Below are positions 26,659 to 39,879 of a DNA stretch of 64,000 nucleotides, in pieces. Source of the DNA: Squalus acanthias (Eukaryota); contig CM059438.1 in NCBI GenBank assembly GCA_030390025.1, forward strand, positions 62,188,001 through 62,252,000. The letters run 5' to 3'. The position numbers and the translations under genes were made by a program. The notes below the pieces were generated by a model. It searched no databases. It was not told the origin of the DNA and was given only the letters and a program-made list of their open reading frames with translations. Within the stretch, counting starts at the first letter, position 1. Each line of letters starts with the position of its first letter.

Positions 26659-29600
26659 GCTGAAATCATGTTGGTTGGGGGGGAGAGGGCTGAAATCTCG
26701 TTCACTGGGGAGAGGGCTGAAATCTCGTTCACTGGGGAGAGGGCTGAAATCATGTTCACTGGGGAGAGAGGGCTGAAATCTCGTTCACTGGGGAGAGAGG
26801 GCTGAAATCATGTTCACTGGGGAGAGAGGGCTGAAATCATGTTCACTGGGGAGAGAGGGCCGAAATCATGTTCACTGGGGAGAGAGGGCCGAAATCATGT
26901 TCACTGGGGAGAGAGGGCTGAAATCATGTTCACTGGGGAGAGAGGGCTGAAATCTCGTTCACTGGGGAGAGAGGGCTGAAATCATGTTCACTGGGGAGAG
27001 AGGGCTGAAATCATGTTCACTGGGGAGAGGGCTGAAATCATGTTCACTGGGTGAGAGGGCCGAAATCAGGTTCACTGGGGAGAGAGGGCTGAATTCATGT
27101 TCACTGGGGAGAGAGGGCTGAAATCTCGTTCACTGGGGAGAGAGGGCTGAAATCTCGTTCACTGGGAAGAGAGGGCTGAAATCTCGTTCACTGGGGAGAG
27201 AGGGCTGAAATCATGTTCACTGGGGAGAGGGCTGAAATCATGTTCACTGGGGAGAGAGGGCTGAAATCTCGTTCACTGGGGAGAGAGGGCTGAAATCTCG
27301 TTCACTGGCGAGAGGGCCGAAATCATGTTCACTGAGGAGAGGGCCGAAATCATGTTCACTGAGGAGAGGGCCGAAATCATGTTCACTGGGGAGAGAGGGC
27401 CGAAATCATGTTCACTGGGGAGAGGGCTGAAATCATGTTCACTGGGGAGAGGGCTGAAATCTCGTTCACTGGGGAGAGAGGGCTGAAATCTCGTTCACTG
27501 GGGAGAGAGGGCCGAAATCTCGTTCACTGGGGAGAGAGGGCCGAAATCATGTTCACTGGGGAGAGGGCCGAAATCATGTTCACTGGGGAGAGGGCCGAAA
27601 TCATGTTCACTGGGGAGAGAGGGCTGAAATCTTGTTCACTGGGAAGAGAGGGCTGAAATCTCGTTCACTGGGGAGAGAGGGCTGAAATCATGTTCACTGG
27701 GGAGAGAGGGCTGAAATCATGTTCACTGGGGAGAGGGCTGAAATCATGTTCACTGGGGAGAGGGCCGAAATCATGTTCACTGGGGAGAGAGGGCTGAAAT
27801 CTCGTTCACTGGGAAGAGAGGGCTGAAATCTCGTTCACTGGGGAGAGAGGGCTGAAATCATGTTCACTGGGGAGAGAGGGCTGAAATCATGTTCACTGGG
27901 GAGAGAGGGCTGAAATCATGTTCACTGGGGAGAGAGGGCTGAAATCATGTTCACTGGGGAGAGAGGGCTGAAATCATGTTCACTGGGGAGAGAGGGCTGA
28001 AATCTCGTTCACTGGGGAGAGAGGGCTGAAATCTCGTTCACTGGGGAGAGGGGGCTGAAATCTCGTTCACTGGGAAGAGAGGGCTGAAATCTCGTTCACT
28101 GGGGAGAGAGGGCTGAAATCATGTTCACTGGGGAGAGAGGGCTGAAATCTCGTTCACTGGGGAGAGAGGGCTGAAATCATGTTCACTGGGGAGAGGGCCG
28201 AAATCATGTTCACTGGGGAGAGAGGGCTGAAATCATGTTCACTGGGGAGAGAGGGCCGAAATCATGTTCACTGGGGAGAGAGGGCTGAAATCATGTTCAC
28301 TGGGGAGAGAGGGCTGAAATCTCGTTCACTGGGGTGAGAGGGCCGAAATCATGTTCACTGGGGAGAGAGGGCTGAATTCATGTTCACTGGGGAGAGAGGG
28401 CTGAAATCTCGTTCACTGAGGAGAGAGGGCTGAAATCTCGTTCACTGGGGAGAGAGGGCTGAAATCTCGTTCACTGGGGAGAGAGGGCTGAAATCATGTT
28501 CACTGGGGAGAGGGCTGAAATCATGTTCACTGGGGAGAGAGGGCTGAAATCTCGTTCACTGGGGAGAGAGGGCTGAAATCTCGTTTACTGGCGAGAGGGC
28601 CGAAATCATGTTCACTGAGGAGAGGGCCGAAATCATGTTCACTGAGGAGAGGACCGAAATCATGTTCACTGGGGAGAGGGCCGAAATCATGTTCACTGGG
28701 GAGAGGGCTGAAATCATGTTCACTGGGGAGAGAGGGCTGAAATCATGTTCACGGGGGAGAGGGCTGAAATCTCGTTCACTGGGAAGAGAGGGCTGAAATC
28801 TCGTTCACTGGGGAGAGAGGGCTGAAATCTCGTTCACTGGGGAGAGAGGGCTGAAATCATGTTCACTGGGGAGAGAGGGCTGAAATCATGTTCACTGGGG
28901 AGAGGGCTGAAATCATGTTCACTGGGGAGAGGGCTGAAATCATGTTCACTGGGGAGAGAGGGCTGAAATCTCGTTCACTGGGAAGAGAGGGCTGAAATCT
29001 CGTTCACTGGGGAGAGAGGGCTGAAATCATGTTCACTGGGGAGAGAGGGCTGAAATCATGTTCACTGGGGAGTGGGCTGAAATCATGTTCACTGGGGAGA
29101 GAGGGCTGAAATCTCGTTCACTGGGAAGAGAGGGCTGAAATCTCGTTCACTGGGGAGAGAGGGCTGAAATCTCGTTCACTGGGGAGAGAGGGCTGAAATC
29201 ATGTTCACTGGGGAGAGGGCTGAAATCATGTTCACTGGGGAGAGAGGGCTGAAATCATGTTCACTGGGGAGAGGGCTGAAATCATGTTCACTGGGGAGAG
29301 AGGGCCGAAATCATGTTCACTGGGGAGAGAGGGCTGAAATCATGTTCACTGGGGAGAGAGGGCTGAAATCTCGTTCACTGGGGAGAGAGGGCCGAAATCA
29401 TGTTCACTAGGGAGAGAGGGCCGAAATCATGTTCACTGGGGCGAGAGGGCCGAAATCTCGTTCACTGGGGAGAGAGGGCTGAAATCTCGTTCACTGGGGA
29501 GAGAGGGCTGAAATCATGTTCACTGGGGAGAGGGCTGAAATCATGTTCACTGGGGAGAGGGCTGAAATCATGTTCACTGGGGAGAGAGGGCTGAAATCTC

Positions 29601-30590
29601 GTTCACTGGAGAGAGGGCTGAAATCATGTTCACTGGGGAGAGAGGGCTGAAATCATGTTCACTGGGGAGAGGGCCGAAATCATGTTCACTGGGGAGAGGG
29701 CCGAAATCTCGTTCACTGGGGAGAGAGGGCTGAAATCTCGTTCACTGGGGAGAGGGCCGAAATCATGTTCACTGGGGAGAGAGGGCTGAAATCTCGTTCA
29801 CTGGGGAGAGAGGGCTGAAATCTCGTTCACTGGGGAGAGAGGGCCGAAATCATGTTCACTGGGGAGAGAGAGCTGAAATCATGTTCACTGGGGAGAGAGG
29901 GCTGAAATCTCGTTCACTGGGGAGAGAGGGCTGAAATCTCGTTCACTGGGGAGAGAGGGCTGAAATCTCGTTCACTGGGGAGAGAGGGCTGAAATCTCGT
30001 TCACTGGGGAGAGAGGGCTGAAATCTCGTTCACTGGGGAGAGAGGGCTGAAATCATGTTCACTGGGGAGAGAGGGCCGAAATCTCGTTCACTGGGGAGAG
30101 AGGGCTGAAATCATGTTCACTGGGGAGAGAGGGCTGAAATCATGTTCACTGGGGAGAGGGCCGAAATCATGTTCACTGGGGAGAGAGGGCTGAAATCATG
30201 TTCACTGGGGAGAGAGGGCTGAAATCATGTTCACTGGGGAGAGAGGGCCGAAATCTCGTTCACTGGGGAGAGAGGGCTGAAATCATGTTCACTGGGGAGA
30301 GAGGGCTGAAATCATGTTCACTGGGGAGAGGGCTGAAATCATGTTCACTGGGGAGAGGGCCGAAATCATGTTCACTGGGGAGAGGGCCGAAATCATGTTC
30401 ACTGGGGAGAGAGGGCTGAAATCTCGTTCACTGGCGAGAGGGCCGAAATCTCGTTCACTGGGGAGAGGGCTGAAATCATGTTGGTTGGGGAGAGAGGGCC
30501 GAAATCATGTTCACTGGGGAGAGGGCTGAAATCATGTTGGTTGGGGAGAGAGGGCTGAAATCATGTTCACTGGGGAGAGGGCTGAAATCT
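26659..30590 (+). repeat. Minisatellite, about 3.9 kb, unit GGGC(T/C)GAAATC(AT/TC)GTTCACTGGGGAGA(GA), 27/29 bp, roughly 140 copies
   Basis: Directly visible head-to-tail repeats with no spacers. Confidence 0.98.
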
Positions 30591-31010
30591 TTCTCAGCAG
30601 GTGGGGGCGGGAAGTTGAGGGCTGAATCTTTGCTTAGTCGGGTTCAGGATTGAAATCTTGATGGGTGGGCTGGGGGGGTCAAATCACCCTCCTGTGTGTT
30701 CCATTTAGGGACTGTGAAGCAAGGCCATCAGTGGGTCGTGCAGGGTTAGATTTTTACTTTCCCACGGGGTGACTGGATAATGAGCGAAACACAAAACGCT
30801 GCCCAATTTTTCTCTTCCCTACACCAAGGCCGTTGGGTTCGAGCCATCCACAGCGGCCGCTCCGACTGATCTACCTGAGGACAGACTGGGAACCGAGCTG
30901 TGACCTTCTAGTGCGCATGTCTTGGTTCCACACTTCCTCTTGCAACCAAGCCACGTGGCTGAGCAACATGGTAGCTTTTCATTTGATCAACATTACTCTG
31001 CCATTAAAAA

Positions 31011-31611
31011 AAACATAGAAACATAGAAAAATCGGAGCAGGAGTAGGCCATTCGGCCCTTCGAGCCTGCTCCGCCATTCAATATGATCATGGCTGATCCT
31101 CTATCTCAATACCATATTCCCGCTCTCTCCCCATACCCCTTGATGCCTTTTGTGTTTAGAAATCTATCTATCACCTTCTTAAATATATTCAGTGACTTGG
31201 CCTCCACAGCCTTCTGTGGTAGAGAATTCCACAGGTTCACCACCCTCTGAGTGAAGAAATTTCTCCTCATCTCAGTCCTAAATGTCCTACCCCGTATCCT
31301 GAGACTGTGACCCCTCGTTCTAGACCCCCCAGCCAGGGGAAACATCCTCCCTGCATCCAGTCTGTCTAGCCCTGTCAGAGTTTTATACGTTTCAATAAGA
31401 TCCCCTCTCATTCTTCTAAACTCTGATGAATACAGACCTAGTCGACCCAATCTCTCCTCATACGACAGTCCTGCCATCCCAGGAATCAGTCTGGTGAACC
31501 TTCGCTGCACTCCCTCTCTGGCAAGTATATCCTTTCTTAGGTAAGGAGACCAAAACTGCACACAGTACTCCAGGTGTGGTCTCACCAAGGCCCTGTATAA
31601 CTGTAGTAAGA
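31011..31611 (-). mobile_element. Young CR1 3' end
   Basis: Uninterrupted 160-aa RT C-terminus (31106-31588); (aacataga)n tail. Confidence 0.93.
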
Positions 31612-32461
31612 TGGAGAAGCAGCTGGAGTTTTACTGGAAGTTGCAATCTATTTGATCAACCTCGTAGGATTAACACAAGACTTACTGTAAATAGAGAAGA
31701 CACATCAGAGGCCTGTGTTTTATGAAATATAAATGGGTGAATGCCAATTGGTGTTTGTGCAGGCTCTGGGAGGTTCTGCATTGGCTGATATTTGTAGATT
31801 ATTTACTGGCATACCATTTACTGGTTCCTGATGTCTGTTTATATAAAAACTAAAAGCCAGAACTAATGTTTTACAGATTTTAAAGTTGCTTTTGTTTTTT
31901 GGCGGACTTGCCATTTAAGTGTGGAGTGACGTGGATGGTTGATTGTGTTTTTAGTGTGTTTTATGGACCGTGTCACTGATGTGTAACTGGAATTAAATCT
32001 GCCAGTTGCTCCTGGAAACCATAAACCACTACCTTGTATCCCCTGAACTACTGAAAGTTTCACCTTAGTCTTAACCTGTGCTGGGTCACTGGTGGCACAA
32101 CAGCAGTGCAGCAAATGGGCCCCTCAGCCCCACCTGTTTCAGTTTTACTTGTCTTTGTATCTCTTGTTCTTGCTGATGTTGTGGGCCAGTGCACTTTTTT
32201 AAATTTCTCTCTGCGGCACCGATAGGTGCTGGGCTGTGGGCTACTCTCGGCTGCTTCATCCAGTGCCCGTCTTCACCCTTGAGCCTGGATATCGCCGGCA
32301 GAGTACTCGATCCTGGGAGCTCGCCGAGCTGAGGACATCCTGACATCCCGTAGTGCCCGCAGTTACATTAGGGTTCATCGAGGCCTGTTCTCCGCACATA
32401 CCCTTCACACAGACCAGGAGTTGAGCCTGGGCAGATCATGGTGTGTATAGTTCAGTGCCAT

Positions 32462-33860
32462 AAAGAAATACTTGCATTTATATTGTGCCTATAACCACCG
32501 CAAACGTCACAAATCACTTCACAGCCAATGAAGTGATTTTGTAGTGTAGTCACTGTTGTAATGTAGGAAACACAGCAGCCCAATTTATGTACAGCAAGGT
32601 CCCACAAACAGCAATGTGATAACGACCAGATAGAGGGGTTGTGTTTCTGCTAGTTTTGCGCTAGTTTTATCAGCGAATTCGATGTGAAATCGGCCAAACC
32701 GGCGCAAAAGATCCCGGAAGCTCGCGCGTAAGTTGAGTCAAGCGCAAATCGAGTTTCCGCAAACTTTAACGCTGCTTAAAAATCATTTTGCCCGAAGCCA
32801 GCCCCGCCCACAAAACTGGCCACGCCCTCAGAGCGAAATACTGAGTGTGGTAACACAATACAGCTTCCTGTGACTCGAACTTTATTGCATCACTTCCTGT
32901 GATTAGTCCAGGATAAATACTGGACTGAGCAGTTGGATCCTGGAGAGGCATAGAGTAAGACCTCTTTTGTATGTAGCACCTTTTTAGTTGATTAAAGCTT
33001 ACTTTAAGTTCACCACGCGTAAGGCTCATTCTTACGACACTGAGCATGGCGATTTCTGCTGATTGCGACTGTTTGTGGCCATTTGAGGAGGCTCGTCAAA
33101 TTGAGCTCATTTTCTTAAGCACACAGGCAGGCGCCAGTAGGCACATTTATTTAAAAAAAAATTTACATGTTAAAATATAATTAATTTATGAAGAAATTGA
33201 CTAGTGTACACCATTGAAACTATTAAATGGTTCAGTATAATTGTTTTAAGTCATTTTCAGTGATTTAAAATCAGGTAACTCATAGATGGAGGACTGGACA
33301 CACTTACTAAAAATGCTTATTTTTTGTGACAAACCCATTTCCAGATGTATTAATAAAACTGCACCAGGTTACCACTCTTAAATATATCAGGGAATATTTT
33401 TTAAAGCAAAGGAACGATTATGTTCTATTACGCTGCCCGATTGCACTGGATCATGGAAGATTTTATATTTGCGATTATGCAAATGCATTTAAGTGCAACT
33501 TGAACTGTAACCTAACCAGAACAATTTGCACCAATTTCCCGATTGTGCCCAAAGCAGAAAATCTACCCCGATCTGTTTGCGATATTGGTTGAAGGATAAT
33601 TATTGGCCAGGACGCCAGTGAGAGCTCCCCTGCTGTTCTTCAAATAGTGCCATGGGATCTTTTACGTCCACCTGAGAGAGCAGACGGGGCCTCAGTTTAA
33701 CGTCTCATCCTAAAAACGGCACCTCCGACAGTGCAGCACTCCCTCAGCACTGCACTGGGAGTGTCAGCCTGGATTTTGTGCTCAAGTCTCTGGAGTGGGA
33801 CTTGAACCCACAACCTTCTGACTCAGTGGCAAGAGTGCTACCCACTGAGCCACGGCTAAC
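32462..33860 (-). mobile_element. DeuSINE split by a MITE
   Basis: Tail half 32462-32632 and head half 33571-33860 rejoin at gaccagata/atctgttt. Confidence 0.85.
32635..33569. mobile_element. Non-autonomous DNA transposon (MITE), about 935 bp
   Basis: Imperfect terminal inverted repeat (TIR) ggggttgtgtttctgc / gcagaaaatctacccc; interrupts the SINE precisely. Confidence 0.8.
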
Positions 33861-34272
33861 ACCATACCAGACAATGCATTTCCCCACACAGCCTTCAGTG
33901 AACTGCTCCCATTTTTAATGTTAAAGCTGGTTTACCTATTTTGGGGGGAAAAAAAGCAGCAACTACATAAGATGACATAGAATATACAGCACAGAAACAG
34001 TGCTGGTGTTTATACTCTGCACGAGACTCCCATTCCATCCACCTCATCTCAGCTTTTCAGTGTATCTTTTTTCCCTTTTCACTCCTGTACTCATCTGGTT
34101 TCCTTTTGAAAGCATCTAAGCTATTTGCCTCATCCACTTCCTGTGGTAGCGAGCTCCACGTTCTAACTGGAATATAATGAAGTCTGAACCCGCCCCAAGG
34201 GAGAAATTACTCTGTGTCAATGTTGATCTATGTTCCAAGCTGTGACCTGGCGATCTGTACTTGTGTCTGCAG

Positions 34273-34429
34273 GGGCTGCTCTCAGGTGGGGATTATCCGA
34301 GCGATGCGCGAGGCAGATATCCCCATCGACATGGTGGGCGGGACCTCCATCGGCTCCTTCATGGGGGCGCTCTTCGCAGAGGAAAGGAATGCAAACCGCA
34401 TGAAGAACAGAGCTGTCCAATGGGCAAAG
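34273..34429 (+). CDS. PNPLA7: PNPLA7/PNPLA6-family exon containing the catalytic Ser motif: (R)[52 protein letters not shown]
   Basis: Acceptor tgtctgcag|G and donor AAG|gtaagt; GTSIG lipase motif; matches the recalled NTE patatin domain. PNPLA7 is preferred over PNPLA6 on diagnostic residues, but this is not certain. Confidence 0.93.
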
Positions 34430-34857
34430 GTAAGTGGAACGGCCTTCCGGGTGAGATTAGAGACGGAGATCACTTCAAGGGGCAGCGTGGACTTGTGGGG
34501 AAGCTTCCGTGCTTTGAAGCCTGCCTGCTTTAATCCTGAGACCCCCCCCCGCTTGTTGCTGGCTGAAGGAAGTGTGCGCTGCTTTAAGTACAGTTTTTCT
34601 GCAAGTGGTGTGGCTCTTTTTGTTGATTAACACTAAGGTGATTAATGGCACAATGCAGTGGTGTCATCACCTTGCCCTCAGTGGAAAGTGAAGTAACTCC
34701 CAGTGCATGCTGCTATGTCACCATGACTTGTCCGCTTCTTGGGTAACGGATTTCCTAATTTGCAGTCTTCTGAATTCCCTATTTGATTTTTTTGTTGACT
34801 ATCTTGTATTGATGGCCTCTAGTTTTGCTCTTCCCCACAAGTGGAAACACTCGCTCT

Positions 34858-35472
34858 GGGCTGGATTTCACCGGGTCCCACCCGCACGGTGCGGGGGGAC
34901 CGGGAGACGGCGGGAAACCCGGAAGGTCGGGTTTCCCAGCACGCTGTGGTGTTTTAACTCCACAGCGTGTGTGCGACATCAGGGGCGGCTGATTGACAGG
35001 CTGGCTTCCAGTCGTGCGGGGAACTCTGAGGAGGAGGCCGCAGCAACAGGGAAGTGCTGGGCCCAGGATGGTTACGGGGGTCCGACCCCCGACCCCGGGG
35101 AGGGGCAGGCTGCTGGTGGGGGAGCTTGGGGGGGGTCCAAGAGAAAGCACTCGTGCTCCTCCCGGCCCACAAGCTTTGCTTCCCCACGGCGGAGGCTGCC
35201 TTGTTGCAGGTACCGGGAATCCCGAGGCCCGGGATCCCCGGCCGACTGCAGTAAAACCTGCAAAGCAGCTTGAAGTAGAAGCTTTAGGCCTCATTATCAT
35301 ATGTAAAATTGCCAACCTACCTCCTGGCAGCAGGTTGGCAGCCTCCACCCCCCCCCGTCCTTCCTGAGTGAAAGGTGAAAGTAGGCGGGTAGAGTTGGCG
35401 TTTACATTTTTTGAACTTTCACTTCCCCCCACGCCTCCAACCCATCTGTTCTTACCTCAGAAAATTCCAGCC
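34858..35472. mobile_element. GC-rich Harbinger-type MITE inserted in a minus-strand CR1 fragment (about 34750-35700)
   Basis: Ends gggctggattt / aattccagcc; flanks tct...tct; the CR1 sequence resumes after it. Confidence 0.8.
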
Positions 35473-35766
35473 TCTGTATCCAATCTATCAGGACCTTTCA
35501 TGATTTTTAAAGACCTCTATTAGGTCACCCCTCAGCCTTTTCTTTTCAAGAGAAAAGAGACCCAGCCTGTTCATCCTTTCCTGATAGGTATACCCTTGCA
35601 GTTTTGGTATTATCCTTGTAAATCTTTTTTGCACCCTCTCCCAATGCCTCTATATCCTTTTTAGAATATGGTGACCAGAACTGTATGCAGTACTCCAAGT
35701 TGAAATGGAAGTGTTGCACTGATGCACTACTGGTGGTCTTCTGAGGTTGGGGTTAGGCACATATTT

Positions 35767-35940
35767 GGGACAGTGTAGACTACGTATCTGACTTGTGTGG
35801 TACAAACATAGAGTGTTTGAGACAGTGCAAAAGAAGCTTTCCTCTGGGTCTAGTCCATTCTGTACCTGACCTGGGAATGCTTGATGGGGGCAGTGCAGAG
35901 GGAGCTTTAGCCTGTACCTAACCTGTGCTGCACCTGAGCT
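35767..35940 (+). repeat. About 3 degenerate copies of a 55-65-bp repeat (ggacagtgtagagggagcttta..tgtacctg..gggagtgtttga)
   Basis: Internal periodicity visible by eye. Confidence 0.6.
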
Positions 35941-36430
35941 AGCCCATGTAATTGAATATCTGCTGAGCCCTTTAACTGGTTCTCTGCATCTTGTTTCATT
36001 GTGCTCGTGTCGGTGATGTAGGGGCCTAATGCACGACAATAAAGCAGTTCTTTCTACTTGTGGAAAAAGGTTCTCATTAATCCGTCTTTAAAGAAAACCC
36101 CAAAGGCGATGTCTGTATGAAATCTGATCTTTATCACTCTCCCTCACCCCCACAGTATCTAGTTTGTCTCTTGTAAATAAAGGCTGGATTTCAGGAAGAG
36201 GGCATGGAGAATCATTTACCAGTGTGATTCATGTTTTGGTTTGGATTTTAAGTTAACATTTTTGTGATACTTCCAGGGATAGTTTCACTGTTTTCTTCCA
36301 AAATACTCGGTGGTGCACTGAATTCGAGGTGTAATAACTGTAGATAGTGATTTGGGGTGAGTTGCCAAGAAAGTCTACACACTGCGTGTGGGGCATATGT
36401 GTGTTCTGTACAGAGTTTTGAACCATTCAT

Positions 36431-36517
36431 TGAATGTTGCTGTAATTATTGGGGGGTGAATGTTGTTGTAATTATTGGGGGAGGGGGGGTGAATGTTGCT
36501 GTAATTATTGGGGGGTG
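36431..36517 (+). repeat. 3 copies of tgaatgttgctgtaattattg(g)n
   Basis: Direct observation. Confidence 0.9.
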
Positions 36518-37065
36518 GTTAATGATGTAGAATGATTTTTCTAATGGCAGGAATTTGCTGTGTTTCTGTCCAGTTTATCTACTGCCCAGGAATAGGTTTG
36601 AGACCAGAAGGTCCCAGGGGTTAATTGAAATTGAACACAGCGTCCACGTTGCTGTCAAAAAATGAATTACTGAGTCTGAAAAAGCAAATCGTGAAGTTGA
36701 CTAAAATTGTCTTGAGTCAGTAAAATTAATTGGAAAGCAGTGCCTCGTGTCTGTGTTTTTCTAATTGTATTTATTCCCAATTTAGTATGTGACGCATACA
36801 GTAATGTCATTTCTCACTGACGGACTGAACGGACTACAAGGTTGACCAAATTGTTACTGCGTTAATGTGTTATTGCTGATCAGCAACACACTCAGCAGCT
36901 GAAAAGTGATTTCATTCATTTTGCAAACCTGCAAGTTTTTTAAATGTCCTTTTTAGATATTTGGGCACCTCGCATCTGCAGTTTTTTAAATCTGCAACTC
37001 TGACAATTAGAAAAGGCGATTGGGAGGTATGCAGAGACCTGCCAAAGCCTTCCATTCATGGTGCT

Positions 37066-37073
37066 TTGTCAGC

Positions 37074-37114
<41 letters not shown>

Positions 37115-37535
37115 CTGTGGGTTTTAAGTCCCACTCCAGAGACTTAAGCATAGAATCTGGGCTGACACTCCCAGTGCAGAGCAGAGGGAGCGCTGCACCG
37201 TCGGAGGTGCAGTCTTTCGGATGCGGTGATAAACCGAGGCCCCGTCTGCTCTTTCAGGTGGATGTAAAAGATCCCATGGCACCATTTCGAAGAAGAGCAG
37301 GGGAGTTCTCCCCGGTGTCCTGATCAATATGTACCCCTCAATCAACATCACTAACGAAACAGATTATCTGGTCATTATCACATTGCTGTTTGTGGGAGCT
37401 TGCTGTGCGCAAGTTGGCTGCAGCGTTTCCTACATTACAACAATGACTACACTTCAAAAAGTATTTCATTGGCTGTAAAGCACTTTGGGATGTCCGGTGG
37501 TCGTGAAAAGCGCTATATAAATGCAAGTATTTCTT
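37066..37535 (+). mobile_element. DeuSINE, full length
   Basis: tRNA head, Deu core and tail. Confidence 0.9.
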
Positions 37536-38119
37536 TTGGGGGGGGGAGAGTTCCAGATTTCCACTACCCTTTGTGCGGAGAAGTGTTTCCTGACACCACT
37601 CCTGAACAGCCTAGCTCTAATTTTAAGATTATGCCACCTTGTTCTGGACTCTCCCACCAGAGGAAATAGTTTCTCTCTGTCTACTTTGTAACTTTCTGCT
37701 ACATTACAACAGTGACAACACTTCAAAAGAGGACTTAATTGACTGTAAAGCCTTGCCGACCCCCTCAGGCCATCAAAACCAGTCCAGGAGATGATATGGG
37801 CCGAGTGTTATCTATAAAGACACTTACCTTCTATATGATGCGATCTTGGCCTCGGTCAAGAACTGGTCCATCTCCCTCTTGCTGGCATGCAGAGAGTCAG
37901 CACCACCACTCCAGTCGGTAATGTATTCCAGAGGCTCACAACTCTCCGGGAAAAGAAAAAGCACCTAACACCCCGTCTATTCCTGCTCTTACCTAGTTTA
38001 AACATGTCCCCTGGTCCTCCCCAATCTGTTAAACTGGAATAATCTATCAATAGGGACGCTATCCAGCTCTTTAATTGACTTCTATCAGTGTCCTCTGGCT
38101 GGAAGGAGGGGAAGACTCA

Positions 38120-38340
38120 TCTCCAGGTTCCCTGGTGTCTCCCTGAAGGTGTTGCTGGCACTGGTCAGGGGCAAGAGGGGGAAGTGCTTTTCCTACAAAG
38201 TGGAAAGAAGATGCCTCACAGCCTCTTAGAAATAGCATGGCTAGAGGTGGTAGAGGGAAGTTAATAGTAGGAGCATCATCATCCCAAGGACCTGGATCCA
38301 GTATAGGAAGAGGTTCATTGACCTCAGTAGGCCAGCAAAG
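38120..38340 (+). pseudogene. Harbinger Myb/SANT-domain exon relic
   Basis: With two frameshifts reads SRFPGVSLKVLLALVRGKR/EVLF..AWLEVVE/EVNSRS..PRTWIQYRKRFIDL, then AAG|gtagat donor. Confidence 0.78.
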
Positions 38341-39879
38341 GTAGATCAGCTCCTCTTTTCCCTGACTCTTGCATTATAAGTGGCACTGGGAACGTATGAG
38401 GAATGTAACCCATCTCAGTGCATGCCCCACTGCCGGACACTGGAAATGTGATGATCTGGTTATATAGCCCATGTTCATGCATGCCCCCACTGACTCCCAG
38501 TGTTGTGTAGCTCATCTCCGTGTGTGCCCCACTGACTGGGAGTGTGTGAAGGTAACCGCTTTTACTCAGACAATGCTGAGAATGTGGAACTTGCTGCCAC
38601 TTGAGGCGACTAGCATAGATGCATTTAAGGGGAAGCTAGATAAGTACATGAGGGAGAAAGGACTAGAAGAATATGTTGATAGGGTGAGATGCAGTAAGGT
38701 GGGAGGAGGCTTGTGTGGAGCATAAACATCAGCATAGACCTGTTGGGCTGAATGGTCTGTTCCTGTGCTGTTAATTCTATGTAAATAAAGAAAGACTTGC
38801 ATTTATATAGCGCCGTTCACGACCTCCGGTCGTCCCAAAGCGCTTTACAGCCAATGAAGTACTTTTTGAAGTGTAGTCACTGTTGTAATGTAGAAAACAC
38901 CACTTATTAAGTTTTAGGTGTTTCTTTTTATTACTACAGATATTTTTGGCTTCATGTTTCAGACTACTCCCATAGGTGAGTCACTTGCCCCAGATATTTA
39001 TGTAAATTTGTAGTGCACCCAGGGAAGAAAACCCTCTTCACTTTATTTCAGCTACTGCTTTTGTCCCAAGCTTTCGCATAATCCCTTTTATCTTTGGAAG
39101 GTAGCAGAAAAGCAGTAGAATTGACTTGGAGTTTGGCCCGTTGTGTCTGCCAACTCCTTACTATAGCAGTGCCACTGCCAGCTCTCGCTGCATAGCCCTT
39201 TATCTTCCTCTGCTTCAAATACTTACAACTTTAAAAGATGCAATGGTCTTTGCTTCATCCATTCCCTGCGGCAAAGCATGCTATGCTGCAGCAACCCCCT
39301 GTGTAATGACATCTTTCTTAACCTTTCTCAGCACTCTCTCTTAACAATTTTAAGTTGATGACTCCTTGTCACTAACTAGTCTTTCTATATTTACTCTGGA
39401 AAATTCTTCATAATTTTAAAAAGCTGCATTAAATCTCCTCTTGGCCGTCTCTGCTCCAGTGGAAATAGTCCCAGTATCTCAAACCTCTCATAACTATTGT
39501 TTCCCATCCCTGGCATAATCCTACTGAATCTACACTGTATGCTTTAATATCCTTTCTATAATGGGGTACAGTCCTCCTAACTGTGGCCTAAACAGTGGTT
39601 TGTTTGATTCCTTTACTCTTGTACTCTGTAAGCCTTTTATATAAAACCCAGAATTCTGTTGAGCTTTTTGTGGATGAACTGAGCGACTTAAGGGTTCGAA
39701 TACATAATGCTTTGAAAGTGCAACTGTTGGTCCCTTCCTTGGACATTAGGCACTGACGAGCGATCTAAAACCTATAACAACTGTATCAAGCTAACCTAGG
39801 ATTCCTGTTAATGAAACTGGTTTGTCACTGTGATAATGAAGGATGCCAATAATGTGTTTAATTTTTGTCACAATATTGT

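Noticed and set aside
26659..30590. CRISPR-like array or coding repeat (MFTGERAEI)n
   Set aside because: No unique spacers and no cas genes; vertebrate context; mixed 27/29-bp units break the frame.
34214..34630. ORF-track 138-aa protein as a standalone gene (also ORFs 58691 and 61954)
   Set aside because: These are internal exons with intronic read-through; splice sites define the true limits.
34707..35432. Overlapping 188-aa and 217-aa ORFs
   Set aside because: They lie in a GC-rich MITE and its CR1 flank; few stops are expected and no domain is recognisable.
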